Source: Candidatus Multivoradales bacterium (GTDB lineage: Bacteria; Acidobacteriota; Thermoanaerobaculia; Multivoradales; Multivoraceae). From it: 64,000 bases of DNA. Below are positions 27,124 through 36,717 of the stretch, piece by piece. The translations under genes were made by a program, and so were the position numbers. The notes beneath the pieces are model-generated. The model had not been told where the DNA came from. It was given only the letters and a program-made list of their open reading frames with translations, and searched no databases. The stretch lies in assembly GCA_965223325.1 (NCBI GenBank), contig CBDCWI010000002.1, positions 1,856,001 through 1,920,000 on the forward strand. The letters are read 5' to 3'. Within the stretch, counting starts at the first letter, position 1. Each line of letters opens with the position of its first letter.

Positions 27124-27905
27124 ATACCTGCGTACGCTACGGAGTGACCGTAGGTGAACTCCGCGATTGGCTTCGACAGCCAGAGCCAGGCTGGCTCGTC
27201 ATCGTCACGGACGCGAACGACGACGACCGTCGCATCGCAGCCCGGGTTCTCCCGATGCGCCGCCGTCACGATCAGCTGCGCAAGATGGCGCGGGGGTATC
27301 TCCCCGACGGTGTCAGACAGGGTCACCTTTTCGACAACATGCTCGGCCCCATCCGTACAGAGCAGGAACGTGTCGCCTGCACGAAGGTCGATTCCAAAGG
27401 TGTCGACCTCGAGACTCTCGAGCTCGCTCTCGGCGCCGCTCGCAGTGGGTCGAGCCAGGTCGAGTGAGGTGGTCAGCGCGTGGTCGTGCGTCAAGAGGTG
27501 GGTCTCGAAGTCCCGATGGAGGTAGACGCGACTATCACCGGCGTGACTCACCGCGCCCCGGTGTGCATGAACGAGGAGCATCGAAAGCGTCGTCGCCATG
27601 CCTTCAAACGCGGGTACCTCGCGCGACACATCGAGCACCGCATGGAGTGCATGGCGAACCGCCCGCTCAGCGAAACGGGACGATGAGAACGTGCGCGCGA
27701 GCGTCGTCCCCCAACGACTCTGCTCTCGCTCGACAAACTCCTCGAGCGCCGAAACCGCAGTTCCGGCGGCGATCTCTCCAGCCGGCCGCGCGCTCGCACC
27801 GTCGCAGACCACGTAGAGACCGAGGCCCTCCTCGGCGAGAAAAGCGTCTTCGTTGTGTGAGCCGTCGCCACGACCCCGCGAAGCACCGGATCCGACTGTC
27901 TTCAT
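27120..27905 (-). CDS. PP2C-family Ser/Thr protein phosphatase
   Basis: HNEDAF, YVVCDG, MATT, HAGDSRVY, LLCTDG, DATVVVV motifs; ATG 27905 after GGGAG. Confidence 0.88.
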   Translation of the reverse strand: MKTVGSGASRGRGDGSHNEDAFLAEEGLGLYVVCDGASARPAGEIAAGTAVSALEEFVEREQSRWGTTLARTFSSSRFAERAVRHALHAVLDVSREVPAFEGMATTLSMLLVHAHRGAVSHAGDSRVYLHRDFETHLLTHDHALTTSLDLARPTASGAESELESLEVDTFGIDLRAGDTFLLCTDGAEHVVEKVTLSDTVGEIPPRHLAQLIVTAAHRENPGCDATVVVVRVRDDDEPAWLWLSKPIAEFTYGHSVAYAGI

Positions 27906-28027
27906 GGTGGTCACTCCCAAAGGAACGCCACCATGCTACCCGCACTCACCCTCAGTCGGAGCGACTTTCCCTGCCAGTCGACCCAACCCTCCAGGCTCAG
28001 ACGGGCAGGATCCGGGCGCGACGACTC

Positions 28028-30445
28028 TCACTCTGAGCGAAGCGTTGAGCTCGGATCGACCCGCACAGCCCGCCTGGCGGGGACGTAGCCGGCAATGACG
28101 GTCGCCCCCAGCAAGAGCGCAACGACGACACTGAAGACCGCTGGGTCACGCGCGCTCACTCCTTGCAACATGCTGGCACCAAGTCTCGTCACCAGCAGCG
28201 CAAAGAGAACTCCCAGGCCGACGCCGCCGATCGCCAGAGCCAGGACCCTCGCCAGCACCATCTGCAGGAGATCACGCGGTGACGCACCGAGTGCAGTCCG
28301 TATTGCCATCTCACGCATCCGTCGCACGATCGAATCCGCCGTCAGTCCGTAGAGTCCAACGAGCGCAATCAGAGTTGCCAGCAGAGCGTAGACGGTGAAT
28401 TGCTGACTGAAGAGTCGCCCGACCCACTCGACGCGGTCGACCGCCTCAGCCATCGAAAGGACGTCCCCGACGGGAACGCCAGGGAGTGCGCTGGCCAGCG
28501 CACCTCGCAGGCGCCCTGCCGCGGACGGAAGCGGAGTCTCAGTCGTCACCAGAACCGTCACCGTCGACACCTCGTTCGTCGCGAAGGGAACGTAGAGCTG
28601 AGTCTTCGCCTGATCTCCGAAGTCGACCATGCTCTGCCCGGGTCGAACATCAGGAACGACGCCAACCACCGACATCAAGGGCCTCTCCGCACCGGCTCCC
28701 TGCTGAAGTCTCCGGCCGACGACGTCGATAGAGCCCCAGAGCTCGCGCGCCAGCCCTTCGCTCACGATCGCCACCGGTGCACCCTCAACCTCTTCCACTC
28801 GACTGAACAGGCGGCCGCGCGCCGCTTCTAGCCCCAGGGCATCGAAGTACCCGCGGCTGACCACCAACAAGGCCCCCTCAACTTCCTCTCCGGGCACGGT
28901 GTTACGGCCCTCCGCCTCGACTTTGACGACGGCATTCGACATCGAGACCGGCAGTCGGCTGGTGATTCCCGGCGCCTCGAACTCGGCCTGGCCAGCCAGC
29001 GCGGCCATCAAGCGCTCAACGGTCGCACTCTTTTGCCCCTGCGCCTCGTAGTCCGAGCCAACCAGCGACAGCTCGGCAACCAACACACCGTCTACCTCGT
29101 AGCCCAACGGCTGGGCCTTCCCCACCAGAACGCTCTTGACCATCAAGAACGCCGCGATCAAGAGCGCGGTCGAGATCGCGAGTTCACCGACGATCAGAAG
29201 TCGGCGGAGCCCAACGGCCGAACGACTCGAGCCGCCGCGCGCGCCGCCCGAGCGAAGCACCGTTTGAACGTCGAACCGAGATGTGCGCGCCACCGGGGCC
29301 AGCGCGCAGACGAAGCCGGCGAAAACCGCCACCGCCAGAGTGTAGAGAGCGGCGGAATAGCTGAACCCCATCGAAAACAGGTAGGGCGGGTCAACGGGAA
29401 CCAGTTCGAGTTGCCAGCGAACCGTCAGGCTGCCGATCCACGCACCGAGAAGGCCTCCCGGCACCGCCAGCAGCATCGCTTCGATGATGTTCTGCCGCAC
29501 AAGACGACCCGGACTCGCGCCGAGGGCCGTGCGCAGCGCGTACTCGCGGGTCCGCGCGCTCGCCCTGGCGAGCATCAGGCCGGCGACATTGGCACAGATG
29601 ACCAGCAACACGAAGATTCCCATCGCCAGGGACGCCGAGATCGCTAGCGTAATCACCGGCGGCACGAAGGCTTCTCGCAAGCTTTGAACGTGCACGCTCC
29701 AGCCCCGGTTGGTTTCGGGAAACTGGCCCGCGGTGCGTTCGGCAAGCGCCGAGAGCTCCGTCTGGGCGGTCTCAATGCTCGCGTGCGGAGCGAGACGCGC
29801 AATGACGTCCAGCCATCTCTGGTCGCGTGGGCCTTCGTCGAGCTCGAGTCCCAGCGGCGTCCAGACGTCGGACCATTCGGGAAAGGCAAAGCCCTCTTCC
29901 ATCACGCCGACGATCTCGCGGACGCGCCCGTCGACACGGATCTCGCGGCCTACAACCTGTGGATCTCCTGCGTACCGCTGTTCCCAGATCTGATGCGAGA
30001 TAAGCGCCACATCTCGAGCGGCGCCTGGCAGGTCGTCTTCTTGCGTGAAGGTTCGCCCGAGAATCGGCTGCTTGCCGAGCATTGGAAACAGGCTCGACGT
30101 GACCCGAGCCCCAAAAACCCGAACCACCTCGACATCGTTCCCGAGATTGAAGTTCGCACGGCTATAGGCACCCATCTCAGAAAAGGAGAGCGCCTCACGC
30201 GACCAGTCTCCCAACGCCCTTGGCGAGACCGCGCGCTCGAACCGATGGAAGGCCGGCTGGGACTCGCTGACCGCCACCAGACGCTCGGGATCGTCGAAGT
30301 CGAGGGGCCTGAGAACCCACGCCTCGAAGCCCGAGAACATGCCGGTGTTGGCGCCGATCCCCAGCCCGAGAACCAGAACCATGCTGAGCGTCCAGCCGGG
30401 ACGACTCAGCAATTGCCTGACACCGTATTTGAGATCTCGAATCAC
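28028..30445 (-). CDS. ABC transporter permease, duplicated MacB/FtsX type (ADOP family)
   Basis: 'RDLKYGVRQL..PG.T....LGLGIGANT', 'CANVAGL..R.RE..LR.ALGA', C-terminal 'PARRA.RVDP..LRSE'. GTG 30445 after GAGGAGG. No adjacent ATPase. Confidence 0.9.
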   Translation of the reverse strand: MIRDLKYGVRQLLSRPGWTLSMVLVLGLGIGANTGMFSGFEAWVLRPLDFDDPERLVAVSESQPAFHRFERAVSPRALGDWSREALSFSEMGAYSRANFNLGNDVEVVRVFGARVTSSLFPMLGKQPILGRTFTQEDDLPGAARDVALISHQIWEQRYAGDPQVVGREIRVDGRVREIVGVMEEGFAFPEWSDVWTPLGLELDEGPRDQRWLDVIARLAPHASIETAQTELSALAERTAGQFPETNRGWSVHVQSLREAFVPPVITLAISASLAMGIFVLLVICANVAGLMLARASARTREYALRTALGASPGRLVRQNIIEAMLLAVPGGLLGAWIGSLTVRWQLELVPVDPPYLFSMGFSYSAALYTLAVAVFAGFVCALAPVARTSRFDVQTVLRSGGARGGSSRSAVGLRRLLIVGELAISTALLIAAFLMVKSVLVGKAQPLGYEVDGVLVAELSLVGSDYEAQGQKSATVERLMAALAGQAEFEAPGITSRLPVSMSNAVVKVEAEGRNTVPGEEVEGALLVVSRGYFDALGLEAARGRLFSRVEEVEGAPVAIVSEGLARELWGSIDVVGRRLQQGAGAERPLMSVVGVVPDVRPGQSMVDFGDQAKTQLYVPFATNEVSTVTVLVTTETPLPSAAGRLRGALASALPGVPVGDVLSMAEAVDRVEWVGRLFSQQFTVYALLATLIALVGLYGLTADSIVRRMREMAIRTALGASPRDLLQMVLARVLALAIGGVGLGVLFALLVTRLGASMLQGVSARDPAVFSVVVALLLGATVIAGYVPARRAVRVDPSSTLRSE

Positions 30446-30499
30446 GGCTGCGATCTCCTCCTCTGGAACAAGTTCGTCGAAGTCCGTCGCATTGGTCTC

Positions 30500-30527
30500 A
30501 ATACGAGGGCGGCGCGACGCATGTTCC
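30500..30527 (-). promoter_or_regulatory. Possible ECF-type promoter upstream of the permease
   Basis: Minus strand GGAAC-N17-CGTATT. Confidence 0.35.
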
Positions 30528-30612
30528 AGCGTCGGCGCGAGCAACGTGCTGAAACCCTGATGACATTCGGGTCACGACCTCTCTTAGCCCTCCATCGGGA
30601 GCGGCGATCCGA

Positions 30613-30788
30613 TCATCGGCCTTCGTCAACATCGATCTCAACGACCGCGATGATCTCTCTCTCGCAGGTGAGGGTGCGGCGAACGCGACAGCTACCAGAC
30701 GTGCTGGTCGAGGACAATGTTACGAGTGCCATGGCGGCCGACTTCACGCCTCCGGCCGGGCCCGAACACTGCTCGATCAACGTCTTCG
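30613..30788. pseudogene. Mosaic relic: OsmC-gene 3' end (- strand) fused to beta-helix gene fragments (+ strand)
   Basis: 30619-30692 matches 21133-21206 (59/74). 30698-30718 matches the DVLVEDN codons at 24602-24622. 30734-30788 matches 25094-25148 (45/55). Confidence 0.8.
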
Positions 30789-30857
30789 CCACCCCCACAG
30801 TCAGGGGGACTTCCCGCGCCGCACCAAGGGCGCGGCGCAGGCTCTTCGCTCTGGGGC

Positions 30858-33218
30858 CTACTGCCCGGGCTGATATGTGCGGGTGGCGCGTGAATCGACA
30901 TCGTCGCGGTAGTAGGCAACGTCTTTGAACTGGCGCTCGACGTAGCGCTCGGCCTGATCGTCGAAGTGCAGCGACAGAGGGTCGCCGCTTTGACCACCCG
31001 CCAAGAGACTCCTGGCGCGCACCTTGTCGCCGAACTCGACCACCGCGACGAAGCTGTTGCCGCTCGTGCCGTAGATACGTCTCGTGTTCTCTCCTGCTCG
31101 TGCACCAAAGGAGGCCAGGGCGCCCCACCGTCCTGACGCCATACCGACCGGCAAGCTGGGGCGCTGGTCGTCGAATTGCTGCTCAATCGCTCCATCGAGA
31201 CGCTGGTAACGGTTGATCTCGCCCCACGGAGTGTCCCAACGACCGAAGTCGTCTTCGATGGTCTGGACGGCGCGGTGCAACATCTCGACGCGCTCCTCTC
31301 TCGGCGAGGCGTTCGACAGATAGGAAATGCGCTCGAGGCCCGAGAGTCCTTCGGGAACTTCGCCCTCGCGCTGGTAGATCGTGGCGTAGTAGTGCGCCAA
31401 CGACATGGCAACGGACTCGACCGAGACGGTGAAGTCCCACCTGCGCAGCACGTCGATCGCCGGCGCCAGATCAACATCAGCTGACAACCTGCCGCCTGCC
31501 TGGAGCTCGTCCCAGGCGCTGAGCAACCCTGGAATCAACACCTCGAACGCCGGCAGCGCCGGGTCGTAGGCAAGCTCGATCAAACCGTCGAGCGTCAGCT
31601 CGGTCGCCTCCTCGAGGAGCCGCACCGCATGGAGACCACGAAAGTTCTCCGGATCGGGCGCCATGTAGACCGGATAGGCCTCGCGCGCCGGACTGTTCTC
31701 TGCGGCCGCTGTGAACGGCGTCGAGTTGGCGTTCTGGATCCAGCCGTTGACCGGGTTCAGAAGCTGCACCGTCTCATCGAGCGCATGGAGACCCTGCCAA
31801 TCGGTCGCCGGATTGCTGCCATCCACGGGCCTGCCATAGTCGAAGCGCGGATCCCTGCGCGGCACGAAGTTGCCGTGGTAGTACGCGATGTTGCCGTCGC
31901 GGTCGGCGTAGACAGTGTTGTTCGACGAGTTGGTGCGAATGTTCATCATCCGGTGGAACTCGTCGTGTCCACGTGTCTTCGTGCGCGTGTAGGACTGCTC
32001 GAGCGCCCGCGCTGGCTCCCAGTTGATCTTCGTCGCCGTCCACCGCCCGTCGACCTCATGGGTGATCGGCCCGTGGTGCGACGCGTAGGTCTCGAAAGTT
32101 CGCTCCTCGAGCCTTTCACCGCCGGCGTCAGAAACGCGATAGCGCAGGGTGACCGGCCTGGTCTCGAGCGGACGGAGCTCATCGCCGTAGCGGTAGAAGA
32201 GCCTGTCGCCGTCTTTCTCGATGTCGAGCATGAACTCGTCGATGAAGTCGACGTAGGTAGAGGTGTGCATCCAGCCATTCGCTTCGTTGAAGCCCTGATA
32301 GACGAAAAACTGCCCCCAGGTCACCGCACCGTAGGCGTTGAGTCCTTCCTCGCTCACCACATGCACTTCGCCACGAAAGAAGAACGAGGTGTGCGGGTTG
32401 ATGAGCAGCATGGCGTCGCCTGAAGCGGTCAACGCCCCGCTGATCGCGAAGCCGTTCGAACCGCGAGGCTCGCGGTCGGCACCGAGACCTGGGTGCACCA
32501 GGCTGAGAGGCCCATGCAGCTCCCGGCCCATCAGAGCGCTGTGCACGTCAGCTGGCTCTGTGCTCTCCGTCTCCTGGTGCTGCCGGGAATAGAAGGCCTC
32601 GATTCCACGCAGCGGGATCTGTTCGATGTCGCCGCCAATCGAACCCTCGAAGAAGTAGAAGGGCATCCAGGGCTCGAACTGCGTCAACAGGCGGGGCGTG
32701 ACCTCCGGGTGGGTGTGCAGGTAGTAGTTGAGACCATCGGCAAAGGCGACGCAGAGTTCCTGTAGCCACGCGGGAGCCGCCTCGTACTCCGCCTCGGCTT
32801 CGGCCTGGGTCATGTAGAGGCGGGCCCGCAGGTCGCTGTAGAGCGCCTCTTCGCCCTCGATCTCAGCCAGGCGACCGATCGCCCAGATGTAGTTGCGCTC
32901 GATGCGCGGGAAGTCGTCCTCGCTCTGGGCGTACAGCATTCCAAACACCGCATCGGCGTCGCTCCTGCCGTAGATGTGAGGAACACCGAAGTCGTCACGA
33001 AGGATGGTGACGCGTTCGGCACGCTCGACCTGCCGAGCGAGCTCCGGATCGACCTCGCGTGGCGCACAGCCCGCGAGCGCAAGCGCAAAGACCATGAAAC
33101 CCAAGGCCACCAACCCGACTCTGGTCGCCACCGGCACCATCTCTCGTCGCGTCACCTTGCTTTCCGACGAGCCTCCTGGCATCGGGCTCGGGCCCGGCCG
33201 GCGCTTCTGTTGCAGCAT
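30858..33218 (-). CDS. Penicillin acylase family (Ntn hydrolase, S45) lipoprotein
   Basis: RDDFGVPHIYG; nucleophile 'GSNGFA'; LINPH; NTVYAD; GGQSG; lipobox LAGC. True start may be ATG 33140. Confidence 0.92.
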   Translation of the reverse strand: MLQQKRRPGPSPMPGGSSESKVTRREMVPVATRVGLVALGFMVFALALAGCAPREVDPELARQVERAERVTILRDDFGVPHIYGRSDADAVFGMLYAQSEDDFPRIERNYIWAIGRLAEIEGEEALYSDLRARLYMTQAEAEAEYEAAPAWLQELCVAFADGLNYYLHTHPEVTPRLLTQFEPWMPFYFFEGSIGGDIEQIPLRGIEAFYSRQHQETESTEPADVHSALMGRELHGPLSLVHPGLGADREPRGSNGFAISGALTASGDAMLLINPHTSFFFRGEVHVVSEEGLNAYGAVTWGQFFVYQGFNEANGWMHTSTYVDFIDEFMLDIEKDGDRLFYRYGDELRPLETRPVTLRYRVSDAGGERLEERTFETYASHHGPITHEVDGRWTATKINWEPARALEQSYTRTKTRGHDEFHRMMNIRTNSSNNTVYADRDGNIAYYHGNFVPRRDPRFDYGRPVDGSNPATDWQGLHALDETVQLLNPVNGWIQNANSTPFTAAAENSPAREAYPVYMAPDPENFRGLHAVRLLEEATELTLDGLIELAYDPALPAFEVLIPGLLSAWDELQAGGRLSADVDLAPAIDVLRRWDFTVSVESVAMSLAHYYATIYQREGEVPEGLSGLERISYLSNASPREERVEMLHRAVQTIEDDFGRWDTPWGEINRYQRLDGAIEQQFDDQRPSLPVGMASGRWGALASFGARAGENTRRIYGTSGNSFVAVVEFGDKVRARSLLAGGQSGDPLSLHFDDQAERYVERQFKDVAYYRDDVDSRATRTYQPGQ

Positions 33219-33384
33219 TCAGCCAGCATAGCGGTTCGAACCAGCATGCCGAGAGCCGCCCCGTGGCCGCAGATCCACTCCCTCTCACCTACCCCACACC
33301 AGAAGTCCAACATGGCGCATCCCATATCATCGAAACGCGACCGACGATCCTCCGCTCACTCCCGCCCAGGGCTCAACTCGGCAC

Positions 33385-33813
33385 ATGCCAAGCCACTCGA
33401 TCTCATCTCAAGACCGCGACTTCCGGCAACGGTTCGAGGCCGGCGAGATCGCGCCAGAGCACTTTGATCACCGGGCACACGTTCGCCTCGCCTACGTCTA
33501 TGTCACCGAGCTGGGCACTGACGGCGCACACCTCGCCATGCGGAACTCGCTTCTCGCATTCCTCGAGCGCAACGGGGTTGAGACTTCGAAGTACCACGAA
33601 ACAATCACTCGCGCCTGGATCCTGGCCATTCGCCACTTCATGGAACGGACGCCAGGAGCAACCTCGGCGGACGACCTGATCGAGCGCAATCCAGAGCTAC
33701 TCGATTCGAAGATCATGCTGAGCCACTACTCCGTTGAGGCTTTGTTTGGAGAAGAGGCCCGAGCACAGTTTCGTGAGCCCGACAAGGATCCGATCCCGCG
33801 CTACAACGAGTAG
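33385..33813 (+). CDS. Conserved-looking hypothetical protein
   Basis: 'FDHRAHVRLAY', 'KYHETITRAW', 'HYS..LF..EAR..F.EPD' pattern; fits the intergenic space. Confidence 0.75.
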   Translation: MPSHSISSQDRDFRQRFEAGEIAPEHFDHRAHVRLAYVYVTELGTDGAHLAMRNSLLAFLERNGVETSKYHETITRAWILAIRHFMERTPGATSADDLIERNPELLDSKIMLSHYSVEALFGEEARAQFREPDKDPIPRYNE

Positions 33814-33916
33814 TCAACCGGAGTTACCTTCCCGACGACTTCCTCGACCGGGCGACGGACCAGACGGACCACGCCTTGCAAGGCACCCTCAGTGGCCTCG
33901 GGCGTAGACTGAGTGC

Positions 33917-34849
33917 ATGAGACCCGCACCAAAAAGAGTCCCCAAGCAGCTCGCCCCAGAACTCGCCATGATCGCCCTGCTGGCTATGGCCTCGCACAGT
34001 GTCGCCGGCCAGAACCAGCCACCCGCCAACCCAACCGACGGCCCCGCGGTGAGCTGGCCGACGAGGGGATCGCTGGTCATCGTGGGTGGAGCGATGCAGG
34101 ATCCAGCAATCTTCAGCCGCTTTCTCGAACTCGCCGGCGGAAACCAGGCACCGATCGTGGTCATTCCGACGGCCGGCGGGCTACCGAACTACGATGACAC
34201 CTGGCGTGGCATGGCCGAGGTGCGGAACGCTGGCGCAACCAACGCCCACCTGCTCCATACCCGGGACCGCGCGGTTGCCAACAGCGAAGACTTCGCCGCC
34301 GCCCTTCGCAAAGCAAGGGGAGTGTGGTTTACAGGTGGTCGCCAGTGGCGCCTCGCCGACGCCTATCTCGACACCCTGGTCGAGAAGGAGCTCTGGGCGC
34401 TGCTCGAGCGCGGTGGAGTGATCGGAGGCTCCTCAGCGGGCGCAACGATTCAGGGTTCGTACTTGGCCCGCGGTGACTCAAAGACCAACACCATCATGAT
34501 GGGTGATCACGAGGAAGGGTTCGGCTTCCTCGGCAACGTCGCCATCGACCAGCATCTGCTGCGCCGCAACCGCCAGTTCGACCTGCTCGAGATCGTTCGC
34601 TCCAAACCAGACCTGCTCGGAATCGGCATTGATGAGGACACCGCCATTGTCGTCGAGCGGGGGCGCTTCGACGTCATCGGCCGGGGCTACGTGGCGATCT
34701 ATGACGCGACCCGCAAAGTCGCGCTCAGCCCAGAAGCCGCCGGAGACTTCTACTTTCTGGCACCGGGAGACCGTTACGACCTGCGGACACACCGAACCAG
34801 CCGGCCGACTACAGATTGGGAGCCTCTAGAGCGCGTGAATCCACAGTGA
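33917..34849 (+). CDS. Cyanophycinase-like S51 peptidase, exported
   Basis: LVIVGG, VIPTA, FTGGRQ, GGSSAGA, IDQH, GIGIDEDT; signal peptide. Confidence 0.88.
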   Translation: MRPAPKRVPKQLAPELAMIALLAMASHSVAGQNQPPANPTDGPAVSWPTRGSLVIVGGAMQDPAIFSRFLELAGGNQAPIVVIPTAGGLPNYDDTWRGMAEVRNAGATNAHLLHTRDRAVANSEDFAAALRKARGVWFTGGRQWRLADAYLDTLVEKELWALLERGGVIGGSSAGATIQGSYLARGDSKTNTIMMGDHEEGFGFLGNVAIDQHLLRRNRQFDLLEIVRSKPDLLGIGIDEDTAIVVERGRFDVIGRGYVAIYDATRKVALSPEAAGDFYFLAPGDRYDLRTHRTSRPTTDWEPLERVNPQ

Positions 34850-35079
34850 GCGAACAGCCGCTAGCCCGCTATGCGAAGATTCTGGAAGCCTCATGCGTAG
34901 TCAGGAGGCCGAAACCACCGCTCAGCAATCGCCACCAGGAGCATCACGATGAGCATCAAAGAACGCGTCCTACGTTTCGTACGCTGCGTCTACCGACACG
35001 ACCGGCGCGCCTGGGAGAGGCTTTTCCCTCCTCGCCGGGGATCGTGTCGCCATTGACCTACTCTAGGCGCCGTGAGTCC

Positions 35080-36717
35080 TCAGTGTGACCCGGCACGCTC
35101 CCACAGTTGGTCGAAGTGCTCCGACCTACCGGTCATCTCATAGCGAATGAGCGCCAGCGGCACGATGCCGTAGCTGAGCACTCGGTCGTGGAACTCGCCA
35201 AGCTCGAAGGCAGAACCGAGCGCCAACGACTGCTCGGAGAGCAGCTGCTCGAGCTGAATCTTGCCGAGAATGTAGCCACTTCCAGAACCCGGCCTGCGCA
35301 GGTAGCCCTCCAGGTCGTAGCGGCCGAGGTCCTCCTCCATGAACGGCACATTGTCGATCATGAAAGCGTTGGCCTCATCGAGCGAGAAGCGGCCGGCATG
35401 CATCATCACTTCGGCGTAGATGCGACTGGCGCGCTTCATCAGCGCAATGTAGAAGAGCTCGTCGGCGCGCGGGACCTCACGCGTCAGTCCGGCAAGCAGA
35501 AACATTTCTTCGAGATAGGTCGCCCAACCCTCGGCGCGCGTGCTGTCCGATGATCTCTTGCGAATGGGGTTCGCGCCACTACGGGCGAGCAGTCCGTCGA
35601 AGCGATGACCGGGGATCGAGGCGTGGATGTGGTTGTTGAAGGTGTTGCGAAACTGAAGCTCTTCCCAGAAGTGACGATCTACCAATGCCCTTGGGCTCCA
35701 GTAGGTGTCGGTGTCGAAGGCCTCCGGTATCTCGTCGGGAAAGGTCAAGATGCGTTGCCTACGAACCAGCGCTCTGATCTGCCGTTCGGCCTCGCGGGTT
35801 CGAGCCTCGTGCTGCTCGCGACTCGTCGTCAGTTCGAGTTCCGGTAGCGAGCCGTTCCTGTTGCGGACAATCTCCCAGGCGGCTCGGTAGCGATGGAACT
35901 CGCGCTCGCCGAGGAGCCGGGCTTCGTCGACTGAATAGGGCAGCAAACGAACCTCACGGAGGTACCGCGCCAACTCATCCGTTCCGATTCCCGCCGAGCT
36001 CTCGAGCATTGGCAAATGCTCGGTCAACCAGTCTCTGTAGCCTGCTACTGCTTCAGCAGCTCGGCGGCAGGCTGCCTCATCGGGCGAGCCAGCTCGCTCC
36101 AGGCGCACGCAGAGATCGGCGAACCAACCCACGGTGCCTTCTGGCGGGTCGTCGCGATAGGGCTCACCCTGGCCAACCCCATCGAAAGACTCGAGATGGA
36201 AGATCGCCTGGCCGGCGAGCTCCCCGACCGCCTCGTCCAGCGAAGCCTCGGCCTGCGCAACGATTCTGGGAACGGCTTCGAGGTGGCGACGAAACGATGC
36301 GACTTCGCTCTCCTCGACCGGTACCTCAGAAAACGGCAGGCGACGGAAGAAGTCGAGATGGTAGATCGGGTCGCGCGACCACGGGCGCGTGACGCGGTGT
36401 TCGAAGTCGAGGGCGTTGAGGCGCGACCAGACGATCAGATAGTCGACCCGTTCGGCCGGTCGTTCTGTACTGATTCGGGCGTGGAGGCGGAGAAGTCCTC
36501 CACGCAGTTCGCTGAGAGCCGCGGCGCGCGCATCAATCGCTTGCCGACTGAGATCGGGAACGAAGTCTCGGACGTCCGGGCGTTCTAACGCCGCAAGCTG
36601 CTCGTCGAGGATCCGCAGCTCCTGCCAGGCAGCCGAAGGTCCGGTGACTTGCGCTCTGAGCAACGCCGGCGCCAGAACAAGCGCAGCAACGACGACCGGT
36701 GTGTACCTGTTGTTCAA
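35080..36717 (-). CDS. DUF885-family protein, exported
   Basis: 'H..IPGH', 'EGWATYLE', 'Y.LGK', 'F.L.EFHD.VL..G.VP'; signal peptide. Confidence 0.82.
   Translation of the reverse strand: MNNRYTPVVVAALVLAPALLRAQVTGPSAAWQELRILDEQLAALERPDVRDFVPDLSRQAIDARAAALSELRGGLLRLHARISTERPAERVDYLIVWSRLNALDFEHRVTRPWSRDPIYHLDFFRRLPFSEVPVEESEVASFRRHLEAVPRIVAQAEASLDEAVGELAGQAIFHLESFDGVGQGEPYRDDPPEGTVGWFADLCVRLERAGSPDEAACRRAAEAVAGYRDWLTEHLPMLESSAGIGTDELARYLREVRLLPYSVDEARLLGEREFHRYRAAWEIVRNRNGSLPELELTTSREQHEARTREAERQIRALVRRQRILTFPDEIPEAFDTDTYWSPRALVDRHFWEELQFRNTFNNHIHASIPGHRFDGLLARSGANPIRKRSSDSTRAEGWATYLEEMFLLAGLTREVPRADELFYIALMKRASRIYAEVMMHAGRFSLDEANAFMIDNVPFMEEDLGRYDLEGYLRRPGSGSGYILGKIQLEQLLSEQSLALGSAFELGEFHDRVLSYGIVPLALIRYEMTGRSEHFDQLWERAGSH

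Noticed and set aside
30840-30847. Second GGCTCTTC as an ISL3 end
   Set aside because: Only 8 nt match, with no further similarity to 22034 onward and no transposase.
34846-35088. Short ORF starting at a GTG that overlaps the cyanophycinase-like stop (MSEQPLARYAKILEA..)
   Set aside because: No recognisable motif, and it overlaps the convergent gene's end. It may be a gene scrap but I cannot support it.
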